NCBI GenBank assembly: GCA_965213575.1
Contig: CBDBZN010000037.1
Coordinates: forward strand, 67,835 to 131,834
Direction of reading: 5' to 3'
DNA length: 64,000 bases
From: Chitinophagales bacterium
GTDB lineage: Bacteria; Bacteroidota; Bacteroidia; Chitinophagales; JAUHXS01
Made by a program: the position numbers and the translations under genes. Positions 49,020 through 59,757 of the stretch are shown here, in pieces. The notes below the pieces were generated by a model. The model was not told where the DNA came from and did no database searches. It saw only the letters and a list, made by a program, of their open reading frames with translations. Numbering within the stretch: the stretch's first letter is position 1; each line of letters starts with the position of its first letter.

Positions 49020-50051
49020 TTATCTGGTATTTTGCAATATATCTAGTTTACTAAAAAATCGCTTCTTCTTAACAAAATACTGCCACACGATATTTTTAGG
49101 GTATACACCGTTGAGAGATTTTAAATAAGCATTATTTTTTATATGATGCCATTTAAAAACACCTCCTACATAATGGCGATGGGCTTTGCCAATAGCTAAA
49201 AATGTTCTCCAATTTCCCTTAAATAAAATTGTATAGGCCGCTACATGATCTAAAATAAGCCGGCTGATTATCAAATAAACTGCTTCTGGGGTAGGCGTAT
49301 TTTTATGAATGATAATGAGGTTGTTTCGGAAGTTTAAATAGGTTTTTCGCGGGCTACCTTGTGGCAAACTTCCTCCGCCTACATGATAAACAACAGATTT
49401 GGGGCAATACATAATTTTGTATCCTTTGTTTTGTAACCGCCAACAAAGGTCAATTTCTTCCATGTGTGCAAATAATCGCTCGTCTAGCCCTCCTAGTTTA
49501 TGATAAAGGGTTGATTTAATAAATAAACACGCTCCGGTTGCCCAGAAAATTTGCCGCGCATCGTCGTATTGGCCATGATCTTTTTCTACTGTTTCAAAGA
49601 TTCTGCCTCGACAAAAAGGATAACCATATCTGTCAATATATCCGCCTGCTGCTCCCGCATATTCAAAATGATCTTTATTATGAAAAGCTTTTATTTTAGG
49701 TTGACAAGCAGCAATATCTGCTGAACTTTCCATTAATTGGATAACCGGTTCTATCCAATCGGGTTCAACTTCTACATCTTGATTAAGCAATACATAATAA
49801 TCACTTTTGACTTGCTTTAACGCTGCATTATAACCCCCCGTGAAACCTAAATTTTCTTTAAGAGCAATGACTTTTACGGTAGGGAAATTTTTAGCTAATA
49901 TTGCTAAACTATTATCTGTAGAGGCGTTGTCTGCAACATACATAACTACATTAGAATAAGTAGACGCTACAACAGAGGGTAAAAACTGCTGTAAAAATTT
50001 TGCGCCATTCCAACTTAAAATAACGACAGCTACGGTAGGATTTTTATTCAT
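49020..50051 (-). CDS. Family 2 glycosyltransferase
   Basis: 343 aa. VAVVILSWNG, ...DNASTD..., ...LLNQDVEV... and the typical rhamnosyl/GT2 fold motifs. Confidence 0.8.
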   Translation of the reverse strand: MNKNPTVAVVILSWNGAKFLQQFLPSVVASTYSNVVMYVADNASTDNSLAILAKNFPTVKVIALKENLGFTGGYNAALKQVKSDYYVLLNQDVEVEPDWIEPVIQLMESSADIAACQPKIKAFHNKDHFEYAGAAGGYIDRYGYPFCRGRIFETVEKDHGQYDDARQIFWATGACLFIKSTLYHKLGGLDERLFAHMEEIDLCWRLQNKGYKIMYCPKSVVYHVGGGSLPQGSPRKTYLNFRNNLIIIHKNTPTPEAVYLIISRLILDHVAAYTILFKGNWRTFLAIGKAHRHYVGGVFKWHHIKNNAYLKSLNGVYPKNIVWQYFVKKKRFFSKLDILQNTR

Positions 50052-50127
50052 GTAAATGCAATATTACGAAAAAGGACAATCTAAATTTAGTAATCCATGG
50101 CACCTTTGTCCGTTGGATAAATAGCAT

Positions 50128-50135
50128 TATCTTTG
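50128..50135 (+). promoter_or_regulatory. -7 promoter box TAtcTTTG, 4 nt before the rpe ATG
   Basis: Exact TAnnTTTG. The geometry is the same as at 43128..43135. Confidence 0.5.
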
Positions 50136-50139
50136 CGTT

Positions 50140-50811
50140 ATGAATCATTTAATAGCTCCTTCCATTCTCGCTGCTGACTTTATTAACCTTGCCAAGGATA
50201 TCAATCTGGTTAATGAAAGTCAAGCTGATTGGTTTCATTTAGATGTGATGGATGGCGTATTTGTGCCTAATATTTCCTTTGGTATTCCGGTGATAAAAGC
50301 AATTAAGAGCAAAGCAAACAAACCGTTGGATGTTCATTTGATGATTGTCAATCCTGAAAAATACACAGAAGCATTTTGCAAGGCAGGAGCAGATATTCTC
50401 ACGGTACATTATGAAGCATGCCCACATTTGCATCGAAATCTACAAGAGATAAGGAGTTACGGCATGAAAGCCGGAGTAGCTATTAATCCGCATACACCTA
50501 TTAGTGCCCTAGAAGATATTATTGAAATGGCAGATGTAGTATGTTTAATGTCTGTCAACCCGGGTTTTGGCGGACAGCAATTTATCGAAAACTCTTTAAA
50601 TAAAATTGTTCAGCTTAAAGAACTGATTATCCGCAAAAACACTCATACCTATATTGAAGTAGACGGAGGTGTTGGGGCTGATAATATTCGACAGGTTTTA
50701 AAAGCGGGAGCAGATGTTTTAGTAGCAGGTAGCAGCGTGTTTGGTTCGGATAATCCTACGGAAACGATAGCCTCTTTCAAAAATTTCAAAACAAATACTT
50801 TGCAAGCCTGA
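50140..50811 (+). CDS. rpe: Ribulose-phosphate 3-epimerase
   Basis: IAPSILAADF, HLDVMDGVFVPN, DVHLM, MSVNPGFGGQ, VDGG. Confidence 0.95.
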   Translation: MNHLIAPSILAADFINLAKDINLVNESQADWFHLDVMDGVFVPNISFGIPVIKAIKSKANKPLDVHLMIVNPEKYTEAFCKAGADILTVHYEACPHLHRNLQEIRSYGMKAGVAINPHTPISALEDIIEMADVVCLMSVNPGFGGQQFIENSLNKIVQLKELIIRKNTHTYIEVDGGVGADNIRQVLKAGADVLVAGSSVFGSDNPTETIASFKNFKTNTLQA

Positions 50812-50830
50812 TTTCCGTTATACCTCAGAA

Positions 50831-53326
50831 ATGCGTCAACTCTTCAGCGGCTTTCTTTTTTTTTTAAGCATTAATTTTTTATCTGCACAGCAAAATACAG
50901 CAGAAATTTTTGGTTCGGTGAAGGATGAAGACGGCTTTTTTTTAGAAGGTGTTTTTGTTCATATAAAAGATTCTAAAAGTGGTGTGGTAACTGATGAAAA
51001 TGGGGAATATATACTTTCTATTCCTGCAGATTCTTCCATACAAATAGTTTTCTCTTACATTGGCTATGCTACACAAATCCAAAATGTAAATTTAGCCGGT
51101 GATAAGCGCAGGCGATTAAATATCAGCATGGAGCTAAAAGCCATTGATATTGATGAAATATTTATTGAAGATAAAGGTGAACGAAATAAGATCAGTACGC
51201 AGCAATTAGATATTAAAGATATTAATGTATTACCCAATGCTTCAGGCAATATAGAAGCTATTTTGAAAACGCTACCGGGAGTTACGTCTAACAATGAACT
51301 TAGTTCACAATATTCGGTAAGAGGAGGAAATTTTGATGAAAACCTAGTATATGTTAATGATTTTGAGATCTATCGCCCTTTTCTTATCCGGTCAGGACAG
51401 CAAGAAGGATTGAGTTTCATTAACCCGGATTTAGTAAGTAATATAGAATTTTCATCCGGTGGTTTTGGCGCTAAATACGGAGATAAAATGTCTTCTGTTT
51501 TAGACATTAAATACAAACGTCCGAGGAGTTTTGCCGGTTCTGCAAGTGTGAGTTTGTTAGGTACAAATTTGCATTTAGAAGGCAGTACCATCGATAATCG
51601 TGCTTACTATTTACTAGGCTTTAGATATAAAACAAATCAGTATTTATTAAATAGCCTGGATGCTCAAGGTGATTATCGCCCTCAATTCTTAGACTTTCAA
51701 GCTTTAGTAGGGTATGATATCAATGAAAAATGGGAGTTGGAGTGGATGGGTAATTATTCCAGTAACAAATTTCAGTTTGTTCCGGAAACCCGAACTACAG
51801 AATTTGGTGTCGTAAATAATGTGCTTCGGTTGACCGTTTTCTTTGATGGGCAGGAAATTAATCAATATAGCACTGCTATGACGGGTTTGTCTACTACTTT
51901 TAAGCCTAATAATAATGTGCGATTAAAATGGTTAGCATCGTATTATGTAGCGGATGAAAGGGAGACTTTCGATGTGATCGGAGAGTATTTTTTAGATGCT
52001 ATAGAGAGTAATTTAGGTAATGAAGATTTTGGCCAGATTAAATATAGCTTAGGCGTAGGGGCTTATCATGACAATGGCAGAAATTTTCTCAAAGTTTATG
52101 TGCCAAATGTTGCACATAAAGGATATTGGAGCAAAAATAAACATTTTGTACAATGGGGAGCAAGGTATCAATATGAAATTATTGATGATAAGCTGAAGGA
52201 ATGGCAACGGCTTGATTCAGCAGGTTATTCATTACCTTATACCAATCAGCAGGTTTTAATAAATGAGTACAGTAAATCAAAAGTAGATTTAACTTCAAAC
52301 AGATATTCAGCTTACATACAAGATAGTTGGGAATTGACCGATACTACTCAAATGACGCTGACAGGTGGAGTTCGTTTCCAATATTGGGATTTAAACAATG
52401 AGTTACTGGTAAGTCCGAGAGGACAGCTTTCTTTTAAACCTTTGTGGGAAAAAGATGTCGTGTTTAAATTTGCTTCAGGAATATATTATCAAGCTCCTTT
52501 CTACAGAGAATTAAGAGATTTGAATGGCAATATCAATCTCAATGTTAAAGCTCAAAAAGCCATCCATTACGTTGCAGGAATGGACTATAATTTTAAAGCA
52601 TGGAAGCGGCCTTTTAAATTCACTTCTGAGATTTATTATAAGCAATTAAGTAATTTAAATCCTTATGAAATTGAAAATGTTAGGATTCGTTATTTTGCTG
52701 AAAATGTTGCAAAAGGCTATGCCACCGGCATTGATTTTAGAGTGTATGGTGAATTTGTAAAAAATGCCGAGTCATGGTTTACCCTTTCTTTTCTGAAAAC
52801 TCAAGAAGATGTAATTGGCGATTTTAGGTATGAATTTTATAATGATGAAGGGGTGAGAATAACGACAAGTACTCGCGATCAAACAGCTACCGATAGCATT
52901 AAAATTGAACCTGGATATATTGCACGGCCTACTGACCAAAGAGTTAATTTTTCTATATTTTTTCAAGATTATATTCCCAATAATGAAAACTTTAAAATGC
53001 ACCTTAACTTAGTTTTTGGAACAGGTTTGCCTTTTGGCCCGGTCGACAAAAAACGTTATAATGATGTACTTCGTGTGCCGCCGTACCGCCGAGTTGATAT
53101 AGGTTTTTCTGCTTTACTGTGGGATAAAACTAAAAGGAATAACCTCATTAACAGCCCTTTAAAATATTTTAATTCTGTTTGGATGAGTATTGAAGTATTT
53201 AATTTACTTCAAGTGAAAAATACGGTATCTTACATATGGATTAAAGATGTAACAAATACACAATATGCTGTGCCTAACTATCTTACCAGTCGGCGTTTAA
53301 ATGCACGATTAGTTGTTAAGTTTTAA
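50831..53326 (+). CDS. TonB-dependent receptor-like outer-membrane protein with an N-terminal carboxypeptidase-regulatory-like domain
   Basis: 831 aa. The CarboxypepD_reg signature is GSVKDEDGFFLEGVFVHIKDSKSGVVTDENGEYILSIP. A plug-like region follows, and the large barrel ends ...RLNARLVVKF. Confidence 0.8.
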   Translation: MRQLFSGFLFFLSINFLSAQQNTAEIFGSVKDEDGFFLEGVFVHIKDSKSGVVTDENGEYILSIPADSSIQIVFSYIGYATQIQNVNLAGDKRRRLNISMELKAIDIDEIFIEDKGERNKISTQQLDIKDINVLPNASGNIEAILKTLPGVTSNNELSSQYSVRGGNFDENLVYVNDFEIYRPFLIRSGQQEGLSFINPDLVSNIEFSSGGFGAKYGDKMSSVLDIKYKRPRSFAGSASVSLLGTNLHLEGSTIDNRAYYLLGFRYKTNQYLLNSLDAQGDYRPQFLDFQALVGYDINEKWELEWMGNYSSNKFQFVPETRTTEFGVVNNVLRLTVFFDGQEINQYSTAMTGLSTTFKPNNNVRLKWLASYYVADERETFDVIGEYFLDAIESNLGNEDFGQIKYSLGVGAYHDNGRNFLKVYVPNVAHKGYWSKNKHFVQWGARYQYEIIDDKLKEWQRLDSAGYSLPYTNQQVLINEYSKSKVDLTSNRYSAYIQDSWELTDTTQMTLTGGVRFQYWDLNNELLVSPRGQLSFKPLWEKDVVFKFASGIYYQAPFYRELRDLNGNINLNVKAQKAIHYVAGMDYNFKAWKRPFKFTSEIYYKQLSNLNPYEIENVRIRYFAENVAKGYATGIDFRVYGEFVKNAESWFTLSFLKTQEDVIGDFRYEFYNDEGVRITTSTRDQTATDSIKIEPGYIARPTDQRVNFSIFFQDYIPNNENFKMHLNLVFGTGLPFGPVDKKRYNDVLRVPPYRRVDIGFSALLWDKTKRNNLINSPLKYFNSVWMSIEVFNLLQVKNTVSYIWIKDVTNTQYAVPNYLTSRRLNARLVVKF

Positions 53327-53395
53327 TTAGGTTACAGGTTCTAAATTGCAGATTTTAAGATTGAAAATTTGCTGTTTTAAACAAGATGAATCTCT

Positions 53396-53692
53396 TTATT
53401 CGATATGCTTTTTCCAGTTTAACTCATCCATGCTTGTATGATGAACTGTTAAAACGTAAATCGTTTTAGCTTCGACAATATAAAATATTCCAAACGGAAA
53501 ACGTTTAATAAAAGCTCTATGTACATTTTTATATTGACTTTAAAATAGATTTGGATTTTTTTGTAATTGATTTAATGTCTTCTACAGACAACAAAAAACA
53601 TTCCCCAAGCCATCTTGCTGTTCTTTATACCACAGAGAAGCGTTAAGAATATCGTCTTCTGCATCGGGCTTTACAACAAGCGAATAGATCAT
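53396..53692 (-). pseudogene. ParE/RelE-family toxin gene inactivated by two in-frame stop codons
   Basis: Hand translation: MIYSLVVKPDAEDDILNASLWYKEQQDGLGNVFCCL*KTLNQLQKNPNLF*SQYKNVHRAFIKRFPFGIFYIVEAKTIYVLTVHHTSMDELNWKKHIE*. TAG is at 53582..53584 and TAA at 53540..53542. The ATG overlaps the antitoxin stop (ATGA). RFPFGIFY...I.VL.V.H is the family signature. Confidence 0.8.
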
Positions 53693-53937
53693 ATTTTTTT
53701 AGAAATTCTATTTTTTACATCTTTCCAAGATGAGCCGGCACTTGGATGATGTTTGTGGGATTTTAATCTTTCATCAAATAATGTTTTAGTTGCAGTATTA
53801 AACTCAATATTTTTAGTATTAGCTTCAACAGCAATACTATCCCATATAGCTTCTACCACTTGAATTTTTTCCGAGATACTTAATTTTAATATGTCTTGTA
53901 ATTGTGTCATATATTGATTTAACGTAAAATTAGTCAA
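53689..53937 (-). CDS. Addiction-module antitoxin component (TIGR02574-like)
   Basis: 82 aa. LSISEKIQVVEAIWDSI is the hallmark helix of this antitoxin family. It lies immediately upstream of, and overlaps, the toxin pseudogene. Confidence 0.7.
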   Translation of the reverse strand: MTNFTLNQYMTQLQDILKLSISEKIQVVEAIWDSIAVEANTKNIEFNTATKTLFDERLKSHKHHPSAGSSWKDVKNRISKKI

Positions 53938-54122
53938 AAGTTGCGAAGTTATTTTAGCTTTGATATTTACAGTTTGAAATATAGGATTTAATTATATATC
54001 TCTTACATTTAATATTAAAAATTAAGCAGTAAACATTAAAAACTAATCCATGTCCAACTTCATCTCAACAAAAATCAAAAGAACTCCAATCAACTCAAAA
54101 ATTACTAGTTGATACATTTAAC

Positions 54123-54614
54123 ATGCTTACTCCGGCTCAACTGAATTGGAAACCGGATGCTGACTCTTGGAGTATCGGAGAGTGCATTGATCATATCAGC
54201 AATACTAATCAGACTTATTTTGATGTTTATGAAAAGATTGGCCAGGGGATATATCAGCCTGCCTTTTGGACAAGAATCAGTCCATTTTCAGGTATGTTTG
54301 GGAAAATGCTCATTGCTGCTACAGAACCGGAAGCTAAAAGAAAATCTAAAACAGTAAAAGTTTTTGAACCTTCTCACAGCGAATTAGACAAAGCAATCCT
54401 TGAAAAATATGAAGTAAATAATGGGATATTAATAAGCCTAATGAAAGCGATGGATGGTAAAGATTTATCAAAAATTAAAATTCCTTCGCCTGCTGCTGCG
54501 ATTATCACTTATTCTGTAAAAGATAGTATTATTTTGTTGGTAAATCACGAGAAAAGGCATTATAACCAAGCAGTCAAGGTGATGAAGAATAGTGGATTCC
54601 TAAAACTGAGTTAA
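54123..54614 (+). CDS. DinB-family (DinB_2) protein; the N-terminus is probably lost to a +1 frameshift (possible full gene 54050..54614)
   Basis: LTPAQLNWKPDADSWSIGECIDHI...HEKRHYNQ is the DinB four-helix-bundle His triad context. The ATG at 54050 opens MSNFISTKIK in another frame. The +1 frame then reads ELQSTQKLLVDTFNMLTPAQ with no start codon of its own. Confidence 0.7.
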   Translation: MLTPAQLNWKPDADSWSIGECIDHISNTNQTYFDVYEKIGQGIYQPAFWTRISPFSGMFGKMLIAATEPEAKRKSKTVKVFEPSHSELDKAILEKYEVNNGILISLMKAMDGKDLSKIKIPSPAAAIITYSVKDSIILLVNHEKRHYNQAVKVMKNSGFLKLS

Positions 54615-54638
54615 GAAGAAAAAGGTATTTCACCAACA

Positions 54639-54971
54639 TTACATATCTTCTTCCTCTTCTACTAAATTATCATCCACACTAACCTGCGAAAGGAGTACTT
54701 CCTTAATTCTATGTACCGGTACAGTAATACCATTTTTAAGTACTGCTTTCTCATCTTTATAATCCCAGATGGTCGTTTCAACTTTTTTAATGCCTTCTGC
54801 GTCTGCAAATACCATCATAACTTTATAATGAGCCAGGTTTCCATATTCGATCGCTTCTTTGATATCTTTTATTCTCTTTTTTCTGGCATTTGGATCTGCT
54901 AATAGGTCTTCTTGAGGAAACTTCATTCCTCTAATAGCCTCTTTATCTACTAAAATAGGTTTGTTTGTCAT
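54639..54971 (-). CDS. Hypothetical protein with an acidic C-terminus
   Basis: A 110-aa ORF with no motif recognised. Coding-like composition, ends ...VEEEEDM. Confidence 0.5.
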   Translation of the reverse strand: MTNKPILVDKEAIRGMKFPQEDLLADPNARKKRIKDIKEAIEYGNLAHYKVMMVFADAEGIKKVETTIWDYKDEKAVLKNGITVPVHRIKEVLLSQVSVDDNLVEEEEDM

Positions 54972-55058
54972 ACATCTAAATTAAAACTTATATTTCAAAT
55001 CTCATATCTAAATTATAAACTATAATTATAAACTATCTCATTTTCCAAAATGAATGAA

Positions 55059-55066
55059 TAACTTTG
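55059..55066 (+). promoter_or_regulatory. -7 promoter box TAacTTTG for uvrA
   Basis: Exact TAnnTTTG, 15 nt upstream of the ATG at 55082. It overlaps the ORF-track TTG start (55064). Confidence 0.5.
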
Positions 55067-55081
55067 AGGATTAGTAATACT

Positions 55082-57940
55082 ATGATAGAAGAAGCGCCCA
55101 ATCAAGTAATAAATGAGACAGATTACATATCAGTTTTTGGTGCCCGGGAAAATAATTTAAAAAATATTAATGTCATCATTCCCAGAGATCAACTGGTCGT
55201 CATAACCGGCATTAGCGGCAGTGGGAAGTCATCTTTAGCATTTGATACAATTTACGCAGAAGGCCAACGCCGCTATATGGAAAGCTTTTCTGCTTATGCA
55301 CGGCAATTTATGGGCAACATGGAAGCGCCGGATGTTGATAAGATCAGTGGACTTAGCCCGGTCATATCCATTGAGCAAAAAACAACAAATAAAAATCCTC
55401 GATCAACAGTAGGGACTGTTACTGAGATATACGATTTTGTCCGGCTTTTGTTTGCCAGAGTTGGAACAGCATATTCTTATGTGACAGGTAAAAAGATGGT
55501 TCGCTATAGTGGGCAAGAATTAGTTAACCATATTATTGATAAATACGCTGATAAGAAAATTGTTGTTTTAGCTCCTTTAGTACGAGGAAGAAAAGGGCAT
55601 TATCGAGAATTATTTGAACAGTTAAGAAAGCAAGGTTATTTAAAAGTCCGAGTAGATGGAGAAATTGTAAACATTGAACCCAAGATGCAACTGGATCGAT
55701 ATAAAATCCATGACATTGAGTCTATCATTGATCGATTAGAAGTAGCAGAAGAAGAAAGGACCCGATTAGCTAAAGCAGTAGATTCCGCCATGAAAATAGG
55801 GAACGGCTTAATCATGATCTTAGATCACGAAACTGATGAAGCTACTGTTTTTAGTAATAAATTGATGTGCCCTGATTCGGGCATTTCTTACGAAGAACCT
55901 TCTCCAAACTCATTTTCATTTAACTCCCCCTATGGAGCCTGTGCTGCTTGCAATGGATTAGGTGAAGTTAAAACAGTTGATGAACAGGCAATTATTCCGG
56001 ATGACTCTAAAAGCATTAATGAAGGGGGATTAGCCCCTTTGGGAGAATATAAAGATACGTATACCTTTAAATATGTAAGAGCTGTAGCAGATACATATGG
56101 TTTTTCTTTAGCTGCTCCAATTAATAAAATTCCGGAAGAAGGGTTAAAAGTATTGCTTCATGGTTTTACTGAAGAAGACAAATTAAAAGTTCCGGTTCGG
56201 TTTGGAGGAAAGAAGCGTAAGGTTTATAACTTGGAGTTTGAAGGATTGGTCAAAATGTTGCAACGATATTACGAAGAGACATCATCTGATGCTATTAGAA
56301 AATGGGCAGAAGATTTTATGATCAGTACTACTTGTGATACTTGTAAAGGCGGAAGGCTTAAAATAGAATCTTTAAATTTTAAAGTTGCAGATAAAAATAT
56401 TGCTGACTTAGTTACGATGGACCTTAATGTCTTAGCTGCTTGGTTTGAAAAGGTAGAAAATAAATTATCTCAAAGAGAGTTGACTATCAGTAGAGATATC
56501 TTAAAGGAGATTCGTGCCCGAATAGGATTTTTACTAGATGTCGGGCTTGATTATTTAACATTAGATAGGCCTGCACGCTCCCTTTCCGGTGGGGAGTCGC
56601 AACGGATCAGATTAGCTACTCAAATAGGTTCCAGATTGGAGGGAGTTACCTACATTTTAGATGAACCGAGTATAGGCCTACACCAGCGAGATAATCAGAA
56701 ATTGATTGAAACACTGAAAGAACTGGTTGAGATTGGTAATTCTGTCTTAGTGGTAGAGCATGATAAAGATATTATGCTAGAATCGGATTATTTGATAGAC
56801 ATTGGCCCTGGAGCAGGTGAATACGGAGGTAACATAGTGGCAGAAGGAACTCCGCAAGAAGTAGCAAAGCAAGATTCAAAAACTGCACAACACCTTAACG
56901 GTAAAAGTGATATTCCTGTGCCTGAAAAAAGAAGGAAAGGTAGCGGAAAGGAATTAGTTCTGATCGGAGCCAGTGGTAATAATTTAAAAAATGTAACTGT
57001 ACATTTACCTTTAGGTGTGATGATCTGTGTTACAGGCGTTTCTGGCAGTGGTAAATCAACCTTGATCAACGAAACCTTATATCCTATTTTAAATCATTAT
57101 TTTTTTAGGGCCAAGAAAAAACCATTACCCTATAAAAATATAAAAGGAATAGATCATATCGATAAAGTAATTGAAATAGATCAATCACCTATTGGTAGGA
57201 CACCTCGTTCTAATCCGGCTACTTATATTGGCGTTTTTACAGATATAAGACAACTGTTTTCCAATCTGCCAGAAGCAAAAATAAGAGGATATAAACCCGG
57301 CAGGTTTTCTTTTAATGTAAAGGGTGGCCGATGTGAAGTTTGCGAAGGTGGAGGTATGCGCGTAATCGAAATGAATTTCTTGCCGGATGTCTATATAGAA
57401 TGTGAAAATTGTCAGGGTAAGCGGTATAACAGAGAAACGCTTGAGGTTAGATATAAAGGTAAATCTATTAGTGATGTTTTAGACATGAGCATAGAAGATG
57501 CTACTGACTTTTTTAAAGAAATTCCCAATATTTATAGAAAATTAAAAACATTATTAGAAGTAGGATTAGGATATGTTCGATTAGGCCAATCTGCCACTAC
57601 CATTTCCGGAGGAGAAGCCCAGCGCGTTAAGTTAGCATCTGAATTATCTAAAAAAGATACGGGAAATACATTTTATATATTGGATGAACCAACGACCGGA
57701 TTGCATTTTGAGGATATAAAAAAGCTTTTAGATGTGTTAAATAAATTAGTAGAAAAAGGAAATTCTATCTTAATTATTGAGCACAATTTAGATGTAGTTA
57801 AAATTGCCGACCATGTTATAGATGTAGGCCCGGAAGGAGGAAATAAAGGAGGAAAAATTATTGCTACCGGCACTCCGGAAGAAGTAGCTGAAGTAAAAGA
57901 AAGCTATACCGGACAATTTTTGAAAAAGGAATTAATTTAG
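55082..57940 (+). CDS. uvrA: Excinuclease ABC subunit A
   Basis: [10 protein letters not shown], two Walker A sites ([14 protein letters not shown] and [10 protein letters not shown]), zinc modules (C..C...C..C), two LSGGE.QR signatures. About 950 aa. Confidence 0.95.
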   Translation: MIEEAPNQVINETDYISVFGARENNLKNINVIIPRDQLVVITGISGSGKSSLAFDTIYAEGQRRYMESFSAYARQFMGNMEAPDVDKISGLSPVISIEQKTTNKNPRSTVGTVTEIYDFVRLLFARVGTAYSYVTGKKMVRYSGQELVNHIIDKYADKKIVVLAPLVRGRKGHYRELFEQLRKQGYLKVRVDGEIVNIEPKMQLDRYKIHDIESIIDRLEVAEEERTRLAKAVDSAMKIGNGLIMILDHETDEATVFSNKLMCPDSGISYEEPSPNSFSFNSPYGACAACNGLGEVKTVDEQAIIPDDSKSINEGGLAPLGEYKDTYTFKYVRAVADTYGFSLAAPINKIPEEGLKVLLHGFTEEDKLKVPVRFGGKKRKVYNLEFEGLVKMLQRYYEETSSDAIRKWAEDFMISTTCDTCKGGRLKIESLNFKVADKNIADLVTMDLNVLAAWFEKVENKLSQRELTISRDILKEIRARIGFLLDVGLDYLTLDRPARSLSGGESQRIRLATQIGSRLEGVTYILDEPSIGLHQRDNQKLIETLKELVEIGNSVLVVEHDKDIMLESDYLIDIGPGAGEYGGNIVAEGTPQEVAKQDSKTAQHLNGKSDIPVPEKRRKGSGKELVLIGASGNNLKNVTVHLPLGVMICVTGVSGSGKSTLINETLYPILNHYFFRAKKKPLPYKNIKGIDHIDKVIEIDQSPIGRTPRSNPATYIGVFTDIRQLFSNLPEAKIRGYKPGRFSFNVKGGRCEVCEGGGMRVIEMNFLPDVYIECENCQGKRYNRETLEVRYKGKSISDVLDMSIEDATDFFKEIPNIYRKLKTLLEVGLGYVRLGQSATTISGGEAQRVKLASELSKKDTGNTFYILDEPTTGLHFEDIKKLLDVLNKLVEKGNSILIIEHNLDVVKIADHVIDVGPEGGNKGGKIIATGTPEEVAEVKESYTGQFLKKELI

Positions 57941-58055
57941 ATTTTAGATTTATGAAGTAAGATTTTAGATTTTCTGAATGCTCTAAAACAGATTTATCAA
58001 TAGTACCTTCTATCCATTAATAATTCATCATTCAAAATTTATAATTAAAATATAG

Positions 58056-58646
58056 CTATCTGTATTTTAAATAAAACCGTAAAGCAATATTATGAGGTTT
58101 ATTGAACCCTTCAAAACCAGGATTCAATACAGTAATATTATAGCCATATACTAAATCAATATAGCCGCCTTTAAATGGCAACCAGTCAAAATAATTAACT
58201 AATCCTAACTCCGGGCGGATAACTAAATTCCCGTCTTTTGTGTCTGTATAAGTTATTAAGTTGATTCCATACTTGAAATTTACGAAACCTGATAAGGCAA
58301 ATATATCGTTTGCCCAGTAAGAAAGTTGTGGTGCAATGAGTAAGCTGTCTCCAACTCTTGCTTCAATAGACATCGAAATAGATTGCCAGATGGGTCCGGT
58401 TGCAGCAAATCTTGCCCCTAGTTTAGGATAAATAAGGCTTGACGTAACACTTCCAACACCTAATTGTATATAATGATAATCAAAGTAATGATATCCTAAA
58501 ATAAGTACCTCATCAATATGCTCTTTATCAAAAAATGCACAAGCTAACTCATCTTTTTTCTTTTGTGCTGAAGAGTCTGTAGTGGTTAACGTTACAAGCG
58601 CAATGCAAAATGAGAAAATAAATATACAATGATTAAATGTGGACAA
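58056..58646 (-). CDS. Small outer-membrane beta-barrel-like hypothetical protein
   Basis: 196 aa with a signal peptide and alternating aromatic/Gly strands. Ends ...IALRFYLKYR. TTG start in the ORF track. Confidence 0.5.
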   Translation of the reverse strand: MSTFNHCIFIFSFCIALVTLTTTDSSAQKKKDELACAFFDKEHIDEVLILGYHYFDYHYIQLGVGSVTSSLIYPKLGARFAATGPIWQSISMSIEARVGDSLLIAPQLSYWANDIFALSGFVNFKYGINLITYTDTKDGNLVIRPELGLVNYFDWLPFKGGYIDLVYGYNITVLNPGFEGFNKPHNIALRFYLKYR

Positions 58647-58833
58647 GAACCCTATGTTTTATCTACAAAGATTAAAAAACTAATGTTAATTCTACTGTAA
58701 GACTCAGATATAATTATAGAACAAGTATACCGGTAATAAAATGTATTAACGAATTGAGTGGGTTATTATTTTAGTCCTCTTCATAGGCCTTTACAGTATG
58801 ATTAATTCGTAAATAACTATATTTACATAGTTT

Positions 58834-59757
58834 ATGCCCAATCAAACCATTCCGGCTTTATCTAATATCGAAAACTTAGACCTCTATGCTAAACAAGTTG
58901 TAGAAGGGTTTATAATCGGGCTCCATAAAAGTCCTTATCATGGGTTTTCAGTAGAATTTGCAGAATACAAACCATACAATCCCGGACAGCCTGTTAAAGA
59001 TATCGACTGGAAAGTATATGGCAGAACTGATAAACTGTTTATTAAAAATTTTGAAGAAGAAACTAATTTAAGATGTCAGGTTGTAATAGACAATTCTTCT
59101 TCAATGCTATTTCCCAAAGACAGTAAAAAAACTAATAAATTGAGTTTTTCAATAATAGCCGCGGCAGCTCTTGCTAAACTTTTAAAAAGGCAGAGGGATG
59201 CGGTAGGATTATCTATTTTTAATAATTCGGTAGACTTTCATTTAAGTCCAAAATCAACCTTAGTGCATCATAAACTGATGATGACAGAATTACATGCTCA
59301 ATTAAATAATTCGAAAGAGCGAGTAACTACAGAAGCCTCTCAAAGTTTACACGAAATAGCAGAGCGAATTCATAAAAGGTCACTGGTAATTGTTTTTAGT
59401 GATATGTTGGAAGGAGTATTAGATGAGCAGTCATTGAACGAAACGTTTTTGGCCTTGCAGCACCTTAAATATAAGAAGCACGAAGTGATTCTTTTTAATG
59501 TATTAGATAAGCAAGCAGAAGAAGAGTTTAACTTTGAAAATCGCCCATATGTTTTTAAAGATATGGAAACAGGAGAAGAGGTTAAGTTATTTGCTAACGA
59601 AGCTAAGAAAGAATATCTCTCACAAGTAACTCACTATAAAAAGCAACTTATGCTTAAATGTGGGCAATATAAGATTGATTTTGTAGAAGTAGATATTAAT
59701 AAAGGAGTGGAACAGGTGTTGCTGGAATTTTTGTTGAAACGAAAACGGGTAAAATAA
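58834..59757 (+). CDS. DUF58 (vWA-like) protein of the MoxR/Bat type
   Basis: HKSPYHGFSVEFAEYKPYNPGQPVKDIDWKVYGRTDKLFIKNFEEETN is the DUF58 signature region. Confidence 0.8.
   Translation: MPNQTIPALSNIENLDLYAKQVVEGFIIGLHKSPYHGFSVEFAEYKPYNPGQPVKDIDWKVYGRTDKLFIKNFEEETNLRCQVVIDNSSSMLFPKDSKKTNKLSFSIIAAAALAKLLKRQRDAVGLSIFNNSVDFHLSPKSTLVHHKLMMTELHAQLNNSKERVTTEASQSLHEIAERIHKRSLVIVFSDMLEGVLDEQSLNETFLALQHLKYKKHEVILFNVLDKQAEEEFNFENRPYVFKDMETGEEVKLFANEAKKEYLSQVTHYKKQLMLKCGQYKIDFVEVDINKGVEQVLLEFLLKRKRVK

Noticed and set aside
53540-53584. In-frame TAG/TAA in the toxin gene as stop-codon recoding or an alternative genetic code.
   Set aside because: All other genes in the window terminate normally at TAA, TAG or TGA, and none of them needs read-through. 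Pseudogenisation is the simpler explanation.
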